In this document: positions 49,880 to 59,247 of the stretch, in pieces | How the letters are laid out: each line of letters begins with the position of its first letter | How positions within the stretch are numbered: the first letter of the stretch is position 1 | NCBI GenBank assembly: GCA_910576775.1 | Contig: CAJTJV010000009.1 | Coordinates: forward strand, 9,066 to 73,065 | From: an uncultured Muribaculaceae bacterium | GTDB lineage: Bacteria > Bacteroidota > Bacteroidia > Bacteroidales > Muribaculaceae | DNA: 64,000 nt | Direction of reading: 5' to 3' | Notes under the pieces: generated by a model | What the model saw: only the letters and a program-made list of their open reading frames with translations | Databases searched by the model: none | What the model was told of the DNA's origin: nothing | Program-made: the position numbers and the translations under genes

Positions 49880-52792
49880 CTATTTAAGTATTTTTATAGT
49901 GGATACATTTCCCTTTGCATCGGCAGCCTGTACCATGTACATGCCTTTTGCGAGGCCGGCAATGTCAATGAAAGCGTTGTCTTCCGGAACGAGAGTTTTT
50001 ACAATACGTCCTTGCATATCATAGACCGATAATTTTGCGAAAGTTCCGGATACGATTAATTGCGAAGATTCCTTATCGTATCTTATGTCGGTTTTTGAAT
50101 TGATGTTCTCTATTCCGGTCTGCACTTGCTCGATATAATAAAGGCTTACTTTTGAGAGCGTCATCGAGTGCGATACATCGGTAGCATGGAATCCGATATG
50201 GTATGTACCACCGGGATTGACTGCGAACTGTTTGGTTTCGAATTCCCCGATGCCGTTTTGTTTCAGGTCCTTGCGGGAGTCCAGTATGCGCGTCTGTTCT
50301 TCATGAGTCTGAGCATTGCCGAGTGTCACATCGAAAGTAGCGCCGCTCTCCATATTGGTGGCGAGCTGATATTTTACGATATAGCGCACTCCGGACTGCA
50401 GTTCTGTCGCCGGGCTGATAGCCCAGTCATCTTCAGCAGTAGGTTTGCCGTTCGGATGCTTGAAATAGAACCATTGGAAACTTTCGTAAACCCATTTGCC
50501 GTTTCCTCCATTGTCGATAAGAACCCATTCCTGAGAACTGTCGTAGTTAATAGGCATTTCTTTGACAAGTACAAGGTTTCCTTTGATATCGTCAAGACAT
50601 ATTGTTGTAGACGCCCCTTCGGATTCAATGCCATTGATAGCAGCCTTGACAGTGTATGTTACGTCGCCGGAGAATACTGCCGGCGAGTAAGTATATGATT
50701 CCGTCGCTCCGGCTTCTCGGTCGTTGAGAGTTTCAATCAGATTGTCATTCTCATAGATAAGTATATCTACTGATGTAATATCAGCTTCCATGGTGTCTTG
50801 TACCGGGTTCATCCATGAGAGTGTCACGTTCTTCGTTTCTTCGTCTGATTCTGCAGAGAGTTTGCTTACCGGCATCGGAATTGCTTTGTCAGCAGCAAGT
50901 ATTTCGATAAATGTGACAGATATGATGCCATTAGGTTCATTTGTTATGATTCGTAGCCCTACGTGGTACATACCGGATTCCATGCAGGAAATTCTTGTTG
51001 CTCCGGTTATGGAGCCGTTGCCGTTGTCAAATTCGAGCTTCTCTGTCGACAATACTGTCGACATGCCATTTACAGAAGCTTCATTACCGAAGCGCACCTC
51101 AACGATATCTTCACCGAAAGCTCCTGCTTGCTTCAGGGTATATTTTACTATATAGTCTTGCCCTTCGAGCAATTGCATCATAGGGGTAATTAGCCAGTCT
51201 TCTGCGTTTGAAGCAGCCTCGCCGTTGTATACGACGCCTGGCAGGCCATCTTCCATGCCCCATGTATTGTTGTCGGAATTGGCATCGATAATTGTCCATC
51301 CTTTCAGTGGATCCGTCCCGCTGAAATCTGTCGATATAAGTTCGCCATCCTGAGAGGCTTCATGTTCAGAGATGGAAAAATTGCATGCGCTGAGGTATTG
51401 GGTCGGCAGGTAGGGTGCAGTGGGGGACGTATTGCGGAATGCGAAATAATATTCACCGTCGTTTTCAGGAGTGAAAATTAATTCGTCAGCATTCGGGCCC
51501 TGGTTGTCGACGGATAGTTTTCCTATTTCGGACATGGCGGCTTTGTCCGTGCCGGCCATGAGCGATACGACATCCCTCCCTGATGGAAGGGCTATTTCAA
51601 GGAGTGTGGCAATTTTATAGTTTTTCTCTGCGGACAGGATGAATTTAGGAGATATAAGGTCATCGTTATGTGGAGCGTAATTTCCCTCCATATATATGCC
51701 ATAGTCAGGAAAATCGGTTTTCCAGGTGTAACCGTCTCCGTTGTTATCGGTAATTGTCCATCCTTCTGTCCGTTCCTTGAAATTGATATCGTAGGGAATC
51801 TCTGCGGCTTCTTCCTTCATTAATTCAGATATGGCGAAATTGCAAAGACTCAAGGTGGCGCCGTATGAAGCTTCGGGTAGGATGAAGCGGAACGCGAAAT
51901 AGTAATCCCCGTCAGTTTCAGGTGTGAACTCTGTCGAGTTCTCATTCGGTCCGAAATTGGCGACGGATAGTTTGGCGATTTCTGTCATTGCAGCCTTGTC
52001 GGTGCCGCCTACAAGCGTTACAGCATCGGCAGATAAAAGCATCATCTGTTCGATTACGGTAGAGATGTTGTATGTATGTCCTTTTGATAATGGGAATTTC
52101 GGCGATATGAAATCGTCATTGTGTGGTGCATACATGCCTTCCATATATACTCCGCTGAAATCCAGAAAGTCGGTATTCCAGGTATAGCTGTCACCGTTGT
52201 TGTCGGTGGCGTTCCATCCTTCGCAAGTCTGTTTGAAATTGATTGCATAGGGCAGTTTCACAGCATCCTCCTTGGTTATGTCTGTCACAGTGAAATTGCA
52301 CAGGCTCAAGGTGGCACCGTATGAAGCTTCGGGAAGAGTGAAGCGGAATGCGAAATAATACTCGCCATCGGCCTCCGGAGTAAATTCTACGGAGCCTTCA
52401 TTCGGTCCGAAATTGGCGACGGATAATTTGGTGATTTCTGTCATCGCTGCCTTGTCGGTACCGGCTACGAGCGTCACTGCATCGGAGGTGAAAAGCATCA
52501 TCTGTTCGATTACAGTAGAGATGTTGTATGTATGGCCTTTCGCTAATTGAAATCCCGGCGATATGAAATCGTCGTTATGTGGTGCGTACATACCTTCCAT
52601 GTAGACTCCACTGAAATCCAGAAAGTCTGTTTTCCAGGTGTAGCCGTCATCATTGTTGTCGGCGGCATTCCATCCTTCGCATGTTTGTTTGAAATTAATC
52701 TCGTAAGGCACAGTCGCCTGTGCATCGGCTGATTCTGCCGTAAAGAACAGAAATGACAGTAGAGCTGATGTTAAAATTAACGGTTGCCTCAT
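49880..52792 (-). CDS. T9SS cargo with about five cleaved-adhesin (choice-of-anchor J-like) domains and an FN3 domain
   Basis: Repeated GW...DNN.DG.TW and NDD(F/L)ISP / EDWLITP / DDWAISP motifs; CTD VYDMQGRIV..LAKGMYMV..KILK. Confidence 0.8.
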   Translation of the reverse strand: MRQPLILTSALLSFLFFTAESADAQATVPYEINFKQTCEGWNAADNNDDGYTWKTDFLDFSGVYMEGMYAPHNDDFISPGFQLAKGHTYNISTVIEQMMLFTSDAVTLVAGTDKAAMTEITKLSVANFGPNEGSVEFTPEADGEYYFAFRFTLPEASYGATLSLCNFTVTDITKEDAVKLPYAINFKQTCEGWNATDNNGDSYTWNTDFLDFSGVYMEGMYAPHNDDFISPKFPLSKGHTYNISTVIEQMMLLSADAVTLVGGTDKAAMTEIAKLSVANFGPNENSTEFTPETDGDYYFAFRFILPEASYGATLSLCNFAISELMKEEAAEIPYDINFKERTEGWTITDNNGDGYTWKTDFPDYGIYMEGNYAPHNDDLISPKFILSAEKNYKIATLLEIALPSGRDVVSLMAGTDKAAMSEIGKLSVDNQGPNADELIFTPENDGEYYFAFRNTSPTAPYLPTQYLSACNFSISEHEASQDGELISTDFSGTDPLKGWTIIDANSDNNTWGMEDGLPGVVYNGEAASNAEDWLITPMMQLLEGQDYIVKYTLKQAGAFGEDIVEVRFGNEASVNGMSTVLSTEKLEFDNGNGSITGATRISCMESGMYHVGLRIITNEPNGIISVTFIEILAADKAIPMPVSKLSAESDEETKNVTLSWMNPVQDTMEADITSVDILIYENDNLIETLNDREAGATESYTYSPAVFSGDVTYTVKAAINGIESEGASTTICLDDIKGNLVLVKEMPINYDSSQEWVLIDNGGNGKWVYESFQWFYFKHPNGKPTAEDDWAISPATELQSGVRYIVKYQLATNMESGATFDVTLGNAQTHEEQTRILDSRKDLKQNGIGEFETKQFAVNPGGTYHIGFHATDVSHSMTLSKVSLYYIEQVQTGIENINSKTDIRYDKESSQLIVSGTFAKLSVYDMQGRIVKTLVPEDNAFIDIAGLAKGMYMVQAADAKGNVSTIKILK
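51340..52715. repeat. Intragenic tandem repeat, three units with a 456-bp (152-aa) period
   Basis: Equivalent GAAATT anchors (INFK codons) at 51779, 52235 and 52691; the first two protein units are near-identical. Confidence 0.85.
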
Positions 52793-53076
52793 AGTTGTTG
52801 GTATTTAATAATCGGATTGTCTGGTTTGGATTTTTTTTGATAGTTTTGTCTCTGTGTTGGGCTGTTGCTGAAATGGGATTATTGATTGGGATACAGGTGT
52901 TTATGATACGAAGAACAAATGTCTTAAGGCTTCTCATATGTATACGGGCGTTTTTACAAACATATGGTATGCCGTGGATAATGATGACAGGAGAGATTCA
53001 AGTATATTAACAGAATCTGAATAATTTTTGTCAAAAGTAATATTAAAATTCCGAATTGCCAAAAATCATACTGCGC

Positions 53077-53202
53077 TTAACAAAATTCAGCCAGGTTTGG
53101 CTTTGTATTCGGCTTATTCGTATCTTTGGCTTTGCCGAAGATGCTGCCGCTCGGTAAATTGAAAATAAATTTTCATTTGCTCTCGACTAATTCGTATCTT
53201 TG
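53077..53202 (+). repeat. Dispersed hairpin/promoter repeat, copy 2 (tandem, two TATCTTTG elements)
   Basis: Similarity to 28990-29072; TATCTTTG at 53121-53128 and 53195-53202, upstream of rmlA. Confidence 0.8.
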
Positions 53203-53225
53203 CAAAGACTGAAAAACTGAAATAA

Positions 53226-54131
53226 ATGAAAGGCATCGTTTTGGCCGGAGGCACCGGTACCCGTCTGTATCCGATAACTAAGGGTGTAAGCAAGCAATTG
53301 CTCCCTATTTATGATAAGCCGATGGTTTATTACCCGATTTCCGTACTCATGCTTGCCGGTATACGTGATATTCTTATCATATCAACTCCGGCCGATCTGC
53401 CTTGCTTCCGACGTCTGCTTGGCGATGGGAGCGACTATGGAGTGCGTTTCTCTTATTCAGAGCAGCCGAACCCCGACGGGCTGGCGCAGGCGTTTATTAT
53501 CGGGCGGGATTTTGTAGGTGATGATACGGTGTGCCTTGTCCTTGGGGACAATATTTTCCATGGAGCCGGATTGTCCAAGCTCCTGAGGCATGCGGTGTCT
53601 GCAGCGGAGAACTTTGGCAAGGCTACTGTTTTCGGGTATTGGGTCAATGATCCGGAGCGCTACGGCGTGGCCGAATTTGATTCCGGAGGCAATTGTATAT
53701 CCATTGAGGAGAAGCCTTCGGATCCTAAAAGCAATTATGCCGTGACGGGACTGTATTTCTATCCTAACAGTGTGCTTGATGTCGCGGCATCGATAAAGCC
53801 ATCTGCGCGAGGGGAGCTTGAGATTACGGCAGTGAATCAGCATTTTCTGTCCAATGGTTCACTGATGGTACAGACGCTGCCCCGCGGGTTTGCATGGCTT
53901 GATACCGGGACTCACGATTCTTTGGCTGAAGCCTCCATCTATGTGGAAGTGCTTGAGAAACGTCAGGGGCTGAAAATCGGATGTCTCGAAGGTATTGCTT
54001 TCCGGCAGGGATGGATCTCACGCGAAAAGATGGTGGAGATTGCCCGCCCGATGCTTAATAACCAGTATGGACAATATCTTATGAAGATTATGGACGATTA
54101 TGGCCGTATGCCGGCTGCTATGCTCGATTAG
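53226..54131 (+). CDS. rfbA: Glucose-1-phosphate thymidylyltransferase
   Basis: [47 protein letters not shown]. Confidence 0.97.
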   Translation: MKGIVLAGGTGTRLYPITKGVSKQLLPIYDKPMVYYPISVLMLAGIRDILIISTPADLPCFRRLLGDGSDYGVRFSYSEQPNPDGLAQAFIIGRDFVGDDTVCLVLGDNIFHGAGLSKLLRHAVSAAENFGKATVFGYWVNDPERYGVAEFDSGGNCISIEEKPSDPKSNYAVTGLYFYPNSVLDVAASIKPSARGELEITAVNQHFLSNGSLMVQTLPRGFAWLDTGTHDSLAEASIYVEVLEKRQGLKIGCLEGIAFRQGWISREKMVEIARPMLNNQYGQYLMKIMDDYGRMPAAMLD

Positions 54132-54139
54132 ATAATGAT

Positions 54140-54688
54140 ATGGATGTTATAAATACAGAGATAGAAGGAGTCGTAGTCCTGCGTCCAAGGATGTTCGAGG
54201 ATGCCAGAGGGTATTTTTTCGAAAGCTATTCAAAGCGCGGGTTTGACAAGATTGTAGGTCCTGTTGTTTTTGTTCAGGATAATGAGAGCTGTTCGTCGCG
54301 CGGTGTAATGCGCGGACTTCATTTTCAGAGACCTCCGTTCGTTCAGGCCAAGCTTGTGCGATGCGTGGTTGGTGCTGTACTTGATGTGGCGGTGGACTTG
54401 AGGAAAGGTTCTCCGACATACGGGTGTCATGTCGCTGTTGAATTATCTGCCGACAACAGGACTCAGATTTTTATTCCGCACGGTTTTGCCCATGGTTTTG
54501 CCGTATTGAGTGATAAGGCGATAATACAATATAAATGCGATAATTTCTATGCTCCGGAAGCTGACGATGGTATTTCTATCCTCGATGAATCGTTAGGAAT
54601 AGACTGGCCGTTTTCTCCGTCGGAAGCGATACTTTCAGAGAAAGATATGTGCCGTCCATTGCTGCGCGATTTTGACTCACCTTTTTAA
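54140..54688 (+). CDS. rfbC: dTDP-4-dehydrorhamnose 3,5-epimerase
   Basis: DARGYFFE, VQDNES, RGLHFQ, DVAVDLR, GFAHGF. Confidence 0.96.
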   Translation: MDVINTEIEGVVVLRPRMFEDARGYFFESYSKRGFDKIVGPVVFVQDNESCSSRGVMRGLHFQRPPFVQAKLVRCVVGAVLDVAVDLRKGSPTYGCHVAVELSADNRTQIFIPHGFAHGFAVLSDKAIIQYKCDNFYAPEADDGISILDESLGIDWPFSPSEAILSEKDMCRPLLRDFDSPF

Positions 54689-54698
54689 TAAAGCACAG

Positions 54699-55817
54699 AT
54701 GAATATAATTATAACAGGTGGTGCCGGTTTTATCGGCAACCATGTAGTGAGACTTTTTGTCAATAAATATCCTCAGGATACAATTATAAATGTCGACTTG
54801 CTCACATACGCAGGCAATCTTGCCAACCTTTCCGACATAGAGGACCTGCCTAACTATAAATTCATCAAGGCTGATATAACTGATTACGAGGCAATGCGCC
54901 GGGTTATGCGTGATAATGCTGTTGATGGTATTATCAATCTTGCAGCCGAGAGTCATGTAGACAGATCTATAAAGGATCCGTTTGTTTTTGCAAAAACCAA
55001 TATGCTTGGAACGCTCACATTGCTTCAGGCCGCTAAGGAATACTGGGAGTCGTGTCCTGAAAAATATACCGGCAAACTCTTCTATCAGATATCTACGGAC
55101 GAGGTATATGGCGCTCTGCAACTCTCGAATCCGGAGGGAATAAAAGGTCTGGGAGCAAATCACTGCGCATACGGGCCCGATTTCTTCCTTGAGACGACAA
55201 AGTACAATCCGCATTCGCCTTATTCGGCCTCCAAGGCTTCTGCCGATCATTTCGTGCGTTCATATCACGATACGTACGGAATGCCGATTGTGATAAGCAA
55301 CTGTTCTAACAATTACGGTCCTTATCAGTTTCCGGAGAAGCTTATCCCGCTATTTATCAACAATATCCGCAATCGTCGTCCGTTGCCTGTGTACGGGAAA
55401 GGCGAAAATGTGCGCGACTGGCTGTTCGTCGAAGACCATGCCCGTGCCATAGACCTTATTTTTCATAACGGAAAAGTCGCTGAAACGTATAATATAGGCG
55501 GTTTCAATGAATGGAAGAATATCGATCTCATTAAAGTTCTTATTCGTACCGTAGACCGCCTGCTCGGCAATCCCGAGGGATATAGTGACGAACTTATAAC
55601 ATTTGTGTCCGACCGCCCCGGGCATGATGTGCGCTATGCGATTGATTCACGAAAAATAAGTAGAGAACTTGGCTGGATGCCATCGCTTCAGTTTGAAGAA
55701 GGTATTGAGAAAACGGTCCGCTGGTATCTTGATAATCCTCAGTGGCTTGATAATGTAACATCCGGGGAATATATGCGATATTATGAATCGATGTATGGTA
55801 ATCGCGATGTGAGATAA
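54699..55817 (+). CDS. rfbB: dTDP-glucose 4,6-dehydratase
   Basis: TGGAGFIG, AAESHVDRS, STDEVYG, YSASKA, SNNYGPYQFPEKLIP. Confidence 0.96.
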   Translation: MNIIITGGAGFIGNHVVRLFVNKYPQDTIINVDLLTYAGNLANLSDIEDLPNYKFIKADITDYEAMRRVMRDNAVDGIINLAAESHVDRSIKDPFVFAKTNMLGTLTLLQAAKEYWESCPEKYTGKLFYQISTDEVYGALQLSNPEGIKGLGANHCAYGPDFFLETTKYNPHSPYSASKASADHFVRSYHDTYGMPIVISNCSNNYGPYQFPEKLIPLFINNIRNRRPLPVYGKGENVRDWLFVEDHARAIDLIFHNGKVAETYNIGGFNEWKNIDLIKVLIRTVDRLLGNPEGYSDELITFVSDRPGHDVRYAIDSRKISRELGWMPSLQFEEGIEKTVRWYLDNPQWLDNVTSGEYMRYYESMYGNRDVR

Positions 55818-55906
55818 GGATTGCGAGGCGCTTTTCCTGTTAAGGTCTGTAAATATTTATGTAATATTTCCCTCATAGGTTCGTTATTTAAATAACAGCA
55901 CACCAC

Positions 55907-57331
55907 ATGGGAGAAGGAAATGTGTATAAGTGGTCGTTTATCGACCGTATAAGTATTGCACTGATTAATTTCGGTGTCAATATCGCACTTGCCAGAATGC
56001 TTACTGCCGACGATTTCGGCCTTCTGGCAATGATAGCCATCTACACTGCTATAGCATCGGATCTTTCAAGCTGTGGTCTGTCCGACGGGCTGATTCACAA
56101 AACGCATCCGACAGATAGCGATTATTCGACGGTATTTGTTTTCAATACTGTAGTCGGTCTTGTTTTCGGGCTAATATTTTTCTTTACGGCTCCACTTACC
56201 GCAAGTTTCTTCGGACATGAAGAACTTACGGGTATCATGCGTGTGGTTGGTATCTGTTTCTTCTTCCAGACAATGTCGTATGTGCAGGAAACCCGGATGC
56301 GCAAACAGTTGCGGATGCGGACAATGTGTCTCGTTCGTGTCGGAGCCACTATTACCGTTTCGGTGCTCGGTATCATCGCGGCAGCCATGGGTTATGGTTA
56401 TAAGGCCCTTGTAATAACGCAGGTGACGCTTTCGTTCTTTTTCTTCATATATTATACTATCGCATCGCGATGGTTTCCTAAAATACAGTTCAGTGTAGAA
56501 TCGTTCAAGGAGTTTTTTAATTATGGCGTTCATCTGATGCTCGCTTATTTGGCTACACTCGTTGGTCGTAATATCAATACAACAGTTCTCGGACGGTTCT
56601 ATTCTTCCCCCGCGATGTCGGGTGTGTATTATCAAGGCGCCAAACTTGCATCAGTGCCCTTTGGAGTTACGGAATCTTCTCTTAATTATCCGTTTTTTGC
56701 TGTAGCCTCCAATGAGGAGAATGCCGTCCGACGCAGACAACTCCTCAAAAGCATGATGTCGGTTATTATTGCTGTGAACGGATTTATAATGATGTATATC
56801 TTTGTGATTGCGGCGCCGGGTGTTGAATTGCTTTATGGCAATAAATGGCTTGCCTCGATTCCAATTCTCAGAATACTTGCGATTGCCGAATTTCTGATGT
56901 GTGTAAGAGCGTATATGCAGACGGTTTGTAAGGTTCATGCACGTACATTGTTCGTGCGTAATATGGGTTTTATAGAGGTTGGTGTTCAATTATCCCTGCT
57001 CGCGGCTTTTTATAGATTCGGAATACTATGGATTGCTTGGACACAGGTTCTGGGAGTCGCTTTCGCAACCATTATATATCTGTATAATTGCCGTCATTAC
57101 ATAGGGTTGTCGATAAAAGGGATTTTTGGTCTTTTTATTCGTTCTTTATGGTTGCCGGGGGTCTCCGCGGCTTTTGGATTGGTAGCGATGTTTATTGTAA
57201 TATCGATGCATCCTTTAGTACAATGTGCGGCAGTTACATTGGTGTTCGGTCTGGTTTTTATAGCTTTTGGCGAACTATTCAAGGTTCCGGTCTATATCGA
57301 TTTGAAGAACCGCTTTATAAGAAATAAATAA
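55907..57331 (+). CDS. Wzx-type polysaccharide flippase
   Basis: LARML..DDFGLLAM motif; many TM segments; LYGNKW..SIPIL. Confidence 0.88.
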   Translation: MGEGNVYKWSFIDRISIALINFGVNIALARMLTADDFGLLAMIAIYTAIASDLSSCGLSDGLIHKTHPTDSDYSTVFVFNTVVGLVFGLIFFFTAPLTASFFGHEELTGIMRVVGICFFFQTMSYVQETRMRKQLRMRTMCLVRVGATITVSVLGIIAAAMGYGYKALVITQVTLSFFFFIYYTIASRWFPKIQFSVESFKEFFNYGVHLMLAYLATLVGRNINTTVLGRFYSSPAMSGVYYQGAKLASVPFGVTESSLNYPFFAVASNEENAVRRRQLLKSMMSVIIAVNGFIMMYIFVIAAPGVELLYGNKWLASIPILRILAIAEFLMCVRAYMQTVCKVHARTLFVRNMGFIEVGVQLSLLAAFYRFGILWIAWTQVLGVAFATIIYLYNCRHYIGLSIKGIFGLFIRSLWLPGVSAAFGLVAMFIVISMHPLVQCAAVTLVFGLVFIAFGELFKVPVYIDLKNRFIRNK

Positions 57332-57625
57332 TCTTTTTCAGGAATTTCAAAGGGGTGTATGCATCTTGCAAATAAGATGCATATATGTTACAAATGGGTG
57401 GCGATATGAGGTGTGCTTTTGTTGTGTAACAAAAGTGTAACAATTATTGGCAGTGGAAAATGTCTGATAATTAGGGTGATGCGATGAAGAGCGCGGAAGA
57501 TTTTTACAATTAACATTTATTTACATTAAAATTCTTGCTTTTGGTGAATTCTGCCTAATTTTGTCATGTCGAACAAAGAAAACGACAAATAAAAACTGAA
57601 AAAACTAACTCTAAAATATTTCATC

Positions 57626-58126
57626 ATGGCATCTGCAAGTTTTCTCAATAATCTTACCGCACTTCAGGCAAATCTGCTGAATTTTGCTTATATGCTTACC
57701 AATAATCGTGATGACGCCCACGATCTTCTTCAGGATACAATGCTCAAGGCTCTTGATAATGAAGAGAAATATGCAGAAGGTACCAATTTCAAGGGGTGGG
57801 TATTCACGATTATGCGCAATACGTTTATCAACAACTACCGTCGTGGAGTCCGCAATGCCACAGTTGTCGATACTACAGATAATCTCTACTTGCTTAATCT
57901 TGGAGAAAGCACTATCGAGTCGCCTGAGGAAAGCTACAGCGCAGCTGAAATCAGTAAGGCTATCAATGAATTTTCCGACGAATACCGCATTCCGTTCTCT
58001 ATGCACGTGCAGGGCTATAAATACAATGAAATTGCGGAGAAGATGAATCTTCCCCTCGGTACTGTCAAAAGCCGGATCTTCTTTGCCCGCAAGAAATTGC
58101 AGGAGCGTTTCAGCGATTATCGCTAA
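57626..58126 (+). CDS. ECF-type RNA polymerase sigma factor
   Basis: DAHDLLQDT, FKGWVFTIMRN, YNEIAE..LGTVKSRIFFAR; TAATTTTG -7 element at 57556-57563. Confidence 0.93.
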   Translation: MASASFLNNLTALQANLLNFAYMLTNNRDDAHDLLQDTMLKALDNEEKYAEGTNFKGWVFTIMRNTFINNYRRGVRNATVVDTTDNLYLLNLGESTIESPEESYSAAEISKAINEFSDEYRIPFSMHVQGYKYNEIAEKMNLPLGTVKSRIFFARKKLQERFSDYR

Positions 58127-58190
58127 TCGACTGCGATGATGCCGGATAATTAAGATAATATACCAGATTCAAGTATATATGCACTGTTGT

Positions 58191-58230
58191 CGGGGTGCGT
58201 TCGGATATTTTCGGGCGCACCCTGATTGTT
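58191..58230 (+). terminator. Probable terminator after the ECF sigma gene
   Basis: GGGTGCG.TCGGA/TTCGGGCGCACCC hairpin. Confidence 0.55.
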
Positions 58231-58261
58231 TGCCGGCTACGTTTTTTTATCGGATGGATAT

Positions 58262-58297
58262 AAAAATCTCCCTGCGTCCGGCGACCGGAGCAGGGAG
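58262..58297 (-). terminator. Terminator of the rpmB-rpmG-DUF4295 operon
   Basis: CTCCCTGC/GCAGGGAG stem with a T run on the minus strand. Confidence 0.7.
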
Positions 58298-58320
58298 CTA
58301 TGCTTGGAACCTGAAGGTTA

Positions 58321-58470
58321 TTATTTCAGAGCGTCTTTAACGGCATCGTTGGGTACCATTTCCTCTTTGAAGGTGTAGGCACCGGTCTTGGGCGAACGAA
58401 CCATTTTGATAACTTTGCTATAGGTGCGGCCTTCGCCTTTCTGAAGGGTTGCGACGGTTTTCTTTGCCAT
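58321..58470 (-). CDS. DUF4295-family small protein (49 aa)
   Basis: Manual translation MAKKTVATLQKGEGRTYSKVIKMVRSPKTGAYTFKEEMVPNDAVKDALK; usual position after rpmG in Bacteroidetes; absent from the ORF track. Confidence 0.9.
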   Translation of the reverse strand: MAKKTVATLQKGEGRTYSKVIKMVRSPKTGAYTFKEEMVPNDAVKDALK

Positions 58471-58483
58471 ATCTCAGAGATGT

Positions 58484-58672
58484 TTATTTGATTTCTTTGT
58501 GGATAGTCATGCGCTTGAGAATGGGATTGTATTTCTTGAGCTCAAGACGTTCGGGGGTGTTTTTACGATTCTTCGTGGTGATGTATCGGCTGGTGCCGGG
58601 CATACCGGATGCTTTGTGTTCAGTGCACTCGAGGATTACCTGTACGCGGTTGCCTTTTGCTTTCTTTGCCAT
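58484..58672 (-). CDS. rpmG: 50S ribosomal protein L33
   Basis: [24 protein letters not shown]. Confidence 0.97.
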   Translation of the reverse strand: MAKKAKGNRVQVILECTEHKASGMPGTSRYITTKNRKNTPERLELKKYNPILKRMTIHKEIK

Positions 58673-58693
58673 AGTTGCGAGGTGTTTTGCGAT

Positions 58694-58957
58694 TTAGAAA
58701 CCGATGATTTTGATGTCAGAGTCCTGCAGATAGCCTTTTTCGGCGGCCTGCATCATGGCTGCGTTCAGACCTACTTTATTAATCATGCGGAGGCCTGCTG
58801 CGGAAATGGTAAGGCTGATCCACATGCCCTGTTCTACCCAATAGAACTTCTTTGTAAACAGGTTTACGTTGAATTTGCGTTTGGTGCGGCGCTTCGAGTG
58901 CGAAACGTTGTTGCCGACCATAGCTTTCTTGCCTGTGATTTGACAAATCTTTGACAT
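58694..58957 (-). CDS. rpmB: 50S ribosomal protein L28
   Basis: [26 protein letters not shown]. Confidence 0.97.
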   Translation of the reverse strand: MSKICQITGKKAMVGNNVSHSKRRTKRKFNVNLFTKKFYWVEQGMWISLTISAAGLRMINKVGLNAAMMQAAEKGYLQDSDIKIIGF

Positions 58958-59247
58958 GGCTGTTAATCGTTTATCGTTATTTTTTCTTTTAAATCTTTGA
59001 GATGGAACTGCGGTTTGAAACGTTTTCTCATATCACACGCGGGTGCATCTATTCCGCGCGCTTTTTACGCTCGCTACGCAATTCAGCGTGCAAAATAACG
59101 AATTTTTTTTCATTCACGCAAATTTTTATATGCTGTTGAAGAATATTTTTTAGAAATCCGCGTATTTTTCATCATAGAGTAACAGACAATTACATTTCGG
59201 ATGCCGCTGCCGGCATTCATTGCAGTAGATAAATATGATTGAGCGGC

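Noticed and set aside
52795..53010. 71-aa plus-strand ORF
   Set aside because: AT-rich leader region of the T9SS operon with a non-ATG start and no motif support
42495..53225. Intact integrative element at tRNA-Val
   Set aside because: No integrase, relaxase or duplicated tRNA 3' end (att) was seen; only accessory content is supported
58484..58957. L33 and L28 lacking complete zinc-ribbon cysteines
   Set aside because: These are the usual Bacteroidetes forms, not zinc-starvation paralogues
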